This document shows positions 57,346 through 64,000 of a stretch of DNA of 64,000 nt, one piece after another (within the stretch, counting starts at the first letter, position 1; the number at the start of each line of letters is the position of its first letter). The notes under the pieces are model-generated. The model made no database searches. It was not told where the DNA came from and saw nothing but the letters and a program-made list of their open reading frames with translations. The DNA is from Eledone cirrhosa (taxonomy: Eukaryota), in NCBI GenBank assembly GCA_964016885.1, contig OZ024743.1:348812001-348876000 (forward strand), given 5' to 3'. The position numbers and the translations under genes were made by a program.

Positions 57346-57613
57346 CTGCTTGTGAATTGATGTATCTATGCTTGGTTTGTTTTTTGATCATGCTGAGTAA
57401 CGCCCTCATTCATTTCTTGCTCTCTCTCCTCTCTCAACATCCTTATGATCTATTGCACCATTTATGTGATAATCTTTTGATTTAATTTTTTATGATGTAA
57501 TTTCTTGTGACATTATATGTATCATGTATTGTGCCCCCCTACTTGTCCTTCTTCCTTGTTCTCGTGACTAGGCTCGATGGAGCCTGCAGCCTTTGATATA
57601 ATTTTGTTTATAG

Positions 57614-57658
57614 GCTCTGATGATTCCTGCCCTAGGGTATGGATGAAACACTGTTAGC
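57614..57658 (+). ncRNA. Type I hammerhead ribozyme motif (family G)
   Basis: GCT CTGATGA T TCC TGCCC TA GGGTA T GGA T GAA ACA C TGT T AGC; the element ends ~45 bp later in (TA)n. Confidence 0.7.
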
Positions 57659-57725
57659 AAATGAAACAATGTATTTCTAAGCAATCTTTGGTTATTCCTA
57701 AACTTATATATATATATATATATAT

Positions 57726-57916
57726 ATTGTTACACTTTGGGAGGGTCATGTTGCCAATAAGAAAGACACACACCAGTTGCTTTCACTTCAATTTAATATA
57801 AATTAAATTATAAATTTAAACATTTATAAATTTCCGGTTGTTTGGTTGGTTCCACAACCGGACGGTTGTTCATATATTGTCAAAGTTATTTCGTCACACA
57901 TTCTGTGACCTCTTCA
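57726..57916 (-). mobile_element. HHR family L copy truncated at the catalytic core
   Basis: Minus strand TGAAGA G GTCAC AGAATGT GTGAC GAAA TAAC TT TGAC; homologous to 24967-25130. Confidence 0.65.
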
Positions 57917-58630
57917 TATATAATATAAGAATTTCATTTGACTACGAATTGGATTGTACAAATACTTCATATTTGTCTCACAAAAAAGTAAAATATACAC
58001 AAGCTTTTCCTACTGACTTTACTCCCACTATATCCTTTTCACTCCATCTGTTTCCATGTCTCACTCACTCTCTCAATCTCTCGAATTTTTTTCTAGCTTT
58101 GTATCTCATTGTGAATAGCGCTTGAACTTCATTTGATCTACCTATGTCTGATCGCCTTCGCTACGTATAGTTCTTTTCTGAAATTCCCTCCCCGTATTCT
58201 CACATATTCGTTTCTCCTCTTCTCTCAATGTATTCCTTTACAACCGCCCCCCCCCCCTCTCTCTCTTCATCTGTCTGTGAATCTATATGTCTGTCTTCAT
58301 CCCTTATTTCTATATTCCTCCCTCTCTCGCTCTCTTTCTCTCTTTTCCTTGCTATTACTTTCATTTTTTCTACTTTCTATCTATTTCTCGCTATTTCTAA
58401 TACAACGTTTCCTCACTGTCAACGCCTTTCCTTATATGGAAAGACAGCAATTTTTGTGGGGAGAAACGTTGCAGTACTTGAAGAGAATAACAGTCAAATT
58501 CTGGTGTCGATATAATCGACATTTCCTATCTAGGCAATGTGCCAAAATTTAAAAAAAGTTATGTATCTTTTTTTTTTTTTATTCAGTTTATCATCTCTTT
58601 AATTTGCATAATTCAGTCACATTATGTTCT

Positions 58631-58817
58631 TGGATTGGCGGTATCGGTAGAAGGTCGGACACCATGCTTTGCAACATAGAGTTACATCCCTTTACGGTCT
58701 GAGTTAAAATCCCGCCGAGGTTAACTTTGCCTTTCATAATTACGGGGTCTATAAAATAAAGTACCTGTAACGCACTGGGATAATTGCTGGCCTTGTGCCA
58801 ACAGTTGAAACAATTAT
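58631..58817 (+). mobile_element. SINE copy
   Basis: Matches the SINE consensus. Confidence 0.9.
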
Positions 58818-59250
58818 GTTCTTCAAGTTCTATTTTCACATATCCCCCATATTCTTACGTCCAGCCTTCTATCGCTTTTAATCTTTCACTATCTCATTTC
58901 ACTTAATTCCTCTCCATATATTCTTTTTTTTTATTTATAGCGCGTTATCTAACATCACTCATTCCTCCTCCCCCCTCCACCAGGTGTTTCTCTCCTACTT
59001 TATATTTGAGAATATATTCTCTGTCAATCTATCTCTCTATGTATCTATCTATCTATCTATTTATTTTTGTATATATTTTATTGTTATCCACTATTATTGT
59101 TAAAAATCTTATGTAAAACCCACCGCCGTCACGTCTTATAATGTCCTATTTTTGTACGCCCCTGTGACAAATAAAGAATATATCTATCTATCTATTTATG
59201 TATCTATCTATCTGTCTATCTCTTTCTCTCCCTCTCGCTCTCTCTCTCTA

Positions 59251-59307
<57 letters not shown>

Positions 59308-59373
59308 TGTCTATTTACCTATATTTCTATATATCTATCAACCATCTATGTATCTAAATGTATATATATATAA

Positions 59374-59417
<44 letters not shown>

Positions 59418-59566
59418 CACCATATATATATATGCTTATCAGTTTGCTTATGTATATATATTTATGTATGTATGTTTGTATCTGCGTGTATACATCAAGC
59501 TTGATCCCTATCAGTGCAACGTTCTTTGTGAGAATTTTTCCGTCTACCTTCCTATCCCCCCTTCAA

Positions 59567-59620
<54 letters not shown>

Positions 59621-61160
59621 GCTCTCTCTCTCTCTCTCTCTAGCTCTCTCTCTCTATCTCTCACTCTCTCTCTCTCTCTCTCAATACATAGAAACACACA
59701 CAAATACTCACATTTATATGTATATATAGATGTATATATATATATATGTATCTCCCTCAGCAATAAAATATCGATGAACGTAAATTATGCACGGACAATA
59801 GCTGTGGGGCAAATACGTGTCATTTCATTTATATTGGGTCAAGCGTCCAGGAAACAATGGTCCCACAATGGCAATACGTGCAATATAGCAATGGCAGAGA
59901 GTCAAGGGAGACAAATGATTGCATTGCTCTATGATAGGCACAAGCTTACCACTTTCAATCGATATGAAAGATTTCATTAATTTTCTTGGTCAAAATATAT
60001 GTTTCCCTTGGGCTAACGTATACTTTTGCCTCGAAACATATGCATATGTATATTGCTAGTGTATGTGTGCATGTTTATGTGTGACAGAATGTGTGTGAAC
60101 GTGTGTGTGTATGTCAGAGTATGTGTATGTGTGTGTGTGTAAGTGCTTGTGCGTATATAAGCATACATATATATATATACACATATACGTATAGACACAC
60201 ACACACGCAAGCACAAACAGAAACACACATATATATTTATACGTGTGTGTGTGTGTGTACAAATATATATCTAATATATCTATATATGTATGTATGTAGG
60301 TATTTAGAATTGTGTGTATAAATATGCATGTATTCATTTGTATACATTATCTTGTGGAATAAAAACTAAGCTATGGCTACATTATAGTTGTTCATTTTCC
60401 TTGTTACACATGCACACGCACACTCGCATACACACACATGCACACACCTATATATATATATATATATGTGTGTGTATGTGTGTGTGTAAGAGTGTGAGTG
60501 CGTGTATGCATTTCTCTGCTGAGAGAGAAAGAATTTGCCGTACGCCTCAGTGAATATATATCTAAGTAATAGCACATGATCAGTTTTATTTTTGTGTGCA
60601 AAAATTTACAAATCCTAATAAATATTCACACATGCTTGGATACACATATAATCAAATATACACGGTCAAATAGATACACGCAGACATACACACCCACCCA
60701 CACACACACACACACACATAAACATACCCTCTCTCACACATATATAGATACAGTATGTAGAATTCCGATGTAAGTTGGGAGGCAACCACGGTCAAAAACA
60801 TAGTCAATAGATCAGTAGAGTATAGGTATATTCATTTTATTATAGGAATGACTTCTACAGGACTAAAGACATCGTCAAGACATCGTCAGGAAATTCAGAT
60901 AATTTCCTTTGAACGGATGTTAGGAAGGGTGGGTTATAGACAATGATGTGGTGTAGTAGGCGATGAAATGTGGTGTAGTAGGTGATGGAATAGATGGATA
61001 TGGAATAGAAGCATGGGAGGGAGAAGAAGACGTTTGTAGTCGTTCTCGTAGACGTTAAAGTTACTTACAATTGTCTATAGGGCTCATTTCAATGGTATGG
61101 TTACTGTTACCGCCACCGCCACCATATATATTCTTTTAAAGTCATATATATATATATATA

Positions 61161-61203
61161 TCGTATATACTTGAATATAAACGATCCGAATATAAGCCGC
61201 TCC
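61161..61203 (+). mobile_element. Solo Tc2/pogo-like terminal inverted repeat
   Basis: TCGTATATACTTGAATATAAACGATCCGAATATAAGCCGC after TA resembles CCGTATATACTCGAATATAAGCCG termini; partner TIR not found. Confidence 0.45.
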
Positions 61204-61902
61204 CACTAAGTGAAATGGACAAATATCCAAACCTTGTGTATAGCATGAGTCAACAAATCAATGTATCACGTTTATATGGCGTGGAGTTGAAATTCTCATG
61301 ATTATAATATATAATTATGAAGTTTCAATATTATGTTAAGTTACAACAAATTATCGAATATTTGTGTTTACTTCCGACCACTTATATGCTAGGAGTACTT
61401 GAAAAGGAAAAGCTCCAATAAGCGTACTTCGTATAGGGATTCGTGGAGACGGCAAGTGAGAGAGAGAAGAGGCAGAATTAGAAAAAGCCAGGATGAGAAC
61501 GAGAAGGAAGAGAGAGTGAAAATATAATCAGAATTAAGATTGAATGAAAAATGTTTTCAGAGAAAATCTTATATATGTGTGTGTAGGTGTGTATTTGTGT
61601 GTATGCTCGTGTGCGTGAACGTGTAGTAGCTACTTCATTTTGAATAGTTAAAACAATTTTAGTTTCAACTTTTTTTAATTCTAAGTCGTATAACATCTCT
61701 TACTTCCTTTTGTGGTTGTCTCTACACACACCATGGAAGCAAACTGAAATCATGAAGAAAAGCTCTATCTAACCACCAAACTACAACATATATTTTATTA
61801 TATTTCTTTATTATTATATTTGTATTGATAATGAAAATCGAATTCATCCTGTCCTTTGTTAAGTGAAATCTTATAATTCCATGTGTATGGCATATTCATG
61901 TA

Positions 61903-62486
61903 TTTCTACTTTTCGCACAAGGCCAGCAATTATCCCAGTGCATTACTGGTACTTTATTTTATCAACCCCGTAAGGATGAAAGGCAAAGTTAACCTCATCG
62001 GAATTTGAACTCAGACCGTAAAGGGCCGTAACTCAATGCGTCAAAGCATGGCGTCCAACCCTCTACCGATACTGCCAATCCACCGCCCCCATTGTGAAAT
62101 AATTGTTTCTACTTTTGGCACAAGGCCAGCAATTAATCAATGCATTACTGGTACTTTATTCTATCGACCCCGGAAGGATGAAAGGCAAAGTTAACCTCGG
62201 CGGGATTTGAACTCAGATCATACAGGGAGGTAACTCTATGCTTCAAAGCATGGCGTCCAATCTTCTACCGATACTGCCAATCCACCGCCCCCATTGTCAA
62301 TTAATTGTTTCTACTTTAGGCACAAGGCCAGCAATTACCCAGTGCATTACTGGTACTTTATTTTATCGACCCCATAAGGATGAAAGGCAAAGTTAACCTC
62401 GGCGGGATTTGAACTCAGACTGTAAAGGGACGTAACTATGCTAGAAAGCATGGCGTCCAACCCTCTACCGATACTGCCAATTCACC
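61903..62486 (-). mobile_element. Head-to-tail SINE trimer
   Basis: Copies at 61903-62089, 62099-62291 and 62302-62486, each followed by a shared CCATTGT spacer. Confidence 0.9.
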
Positions 62487-62689
62487 ATTGTCAAATAATG
62501 GTTCCAGATATGTTAAAATTTGCATAAACTCTCAATCATTCCCTTTATAATCTTCCCGTCATTTTTTATTTCTAAAAGCGGGGACGTGGTATTTGAATTA
62601 ACGAGGGTGCCAAGTTTCTGTTCCAATGACATAATCATTAGAGGTGCCTCGTGGCAGTTGTTCCCACTTTAAACGTTCTGCGTTCCATT

Positions 62690-63054
62690 CGTACCAAGAT
62701 CAAGTTTGTTTTTCAACTTTCCAGAATTGATGAAATAAAGTCAGGTAATGGAGTCGATTTAATTCACTTTCTCATCCTGGCTTTATGCGTACATTAGAAA
62801 CCATTATTATGTTTCTTAGGATTAATATTAATAGCATTATATTATAATAATTATTAGGGCGATGATTTGGCAGTATCGGTAGAGGACCGGACGCCAAGCT
62901 TTATGATATAAGTTCAAATCCCGCCTAGGTTAACTTTGCTTTTCATCCTTACGGAATCGATAACATAAAGTACCAGTCACGCTCTGGGGTCGATTTAATC
63001 GACATTCCCCTCCCCCCAAAATTGCTGGCCTTGTGCCTATATAAGAAACAATTA
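62690..63054 (+). mobile_element. Two SINE copies (old fragment 62690-62810; 62858-63054)
   Basis: Match to the SINE consensus; long form carrying the GGTCGATTTAATCGAC module. Confidence 0.75.
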
Positions 63055-63512
63055 TATTATAATAATCATTAACAACATTGATAATACCATTATTATAGTC
63101 ATTATTATAATTACTAGTTGTTCTTTACATACTGAGTACTTAACCTTGTATCTGTAAATACAGAACGAAACAATCATAAACACATTCAATAGAGGAGTGC
63201 CATATTTAATGATATAATCAATTTAGTGATTATACATCATGATTTTAATTTTCATATTCAGGAAATATGCACAATCATCTGATGATAAAATACGACTGCC
63301 TCACAACGTGAAAAATGTGGTAACGTAGAATATGTTGTCTTTTCAATGCTGGTCATGGCTTCTGGGCTTACATGATGGGATTAAGTTGAATGGTTGTGTG
63401 TTATCGTGTGATGATCATTCAGATTTTCTTAATATGAAATTTAAAGTCACGATATACATTTACTCAAAGGAATAGAAGATTAAATATACTTATATATACA
63501 TACATTTATATA

Positions 63513-63557
<45 letters not shown>

Positions 63558-63570
63558 ATGTGTGTGTGTT

Positions 63571-63609
<39 letters not shown>

Positions 63610-63777
63610 ATATATTTATATATAAATGCATATTACAAAAGATGTTCAAAGTTCGTGAATATCTTATGAAAAGTGATTTCCTATACAATTTTTAATCTGT
63701 TTCTGTGTCGTCTATTAAGCAAATGCCTAAATCAATGATCATGTGCACTGATATGTTCATATATAGAGTATAAATGG

Positions 63778-64000
<223 letters not shown>

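Noticed and set aside
60852-60893. Family F-like relic (CTGACGA..TAGTCCTGTAGAAG on minus)
   Set aside because: The GAAA and stem II region is replaced by a local duplication; not counted as a ribozyme.
61903-62486. Regularly spaced ~190-bp repeats resembling a CRISPR array or tRNA cluster
   Set aside because: They are tRNA-derived SINE multimers: no unique spacers of constant length, no cas genes, and no complete cloverleaf.

Overview
Eukaryotic, AT-rich, microsatellite-saturated non-coding DNA. It is most likely from an octopus (inferred from the tRNA-derived Deu/Nin-core SINE family and the density of (TA)n/(CA)n/(GA)n). I found no intact host gene; almost all listed ORFs are translations of simple repeats. 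The identifiable content is decayed transposons: Tx1-type and RTE-type LINEs, a Penelope-like (PLE) RT/GIY-YIG fragment, mariner, Tc1, a hAT MITE, Helentron-like elements and about 20 SINE copies. The main hidden signal is a dense set of type I hammerhead ribozyme (HHR) motifs, roughly 15 distinguishable sequence families, some intact and some degenerate. They sit in short non-coding PLE/retrozyme-like elements abutting (TA)n tracts. These elements are often fold-back palindromes that turn inside or just upstream of the ribozyme, two show terminal redundancy suggestive of circular or tandem RNA templates, and several carry recurrent non-canonical cores (U4A, U3-A8, A13C, U-U at the base of stem II). 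Ribozyme folds were read by eye and activity is untested.
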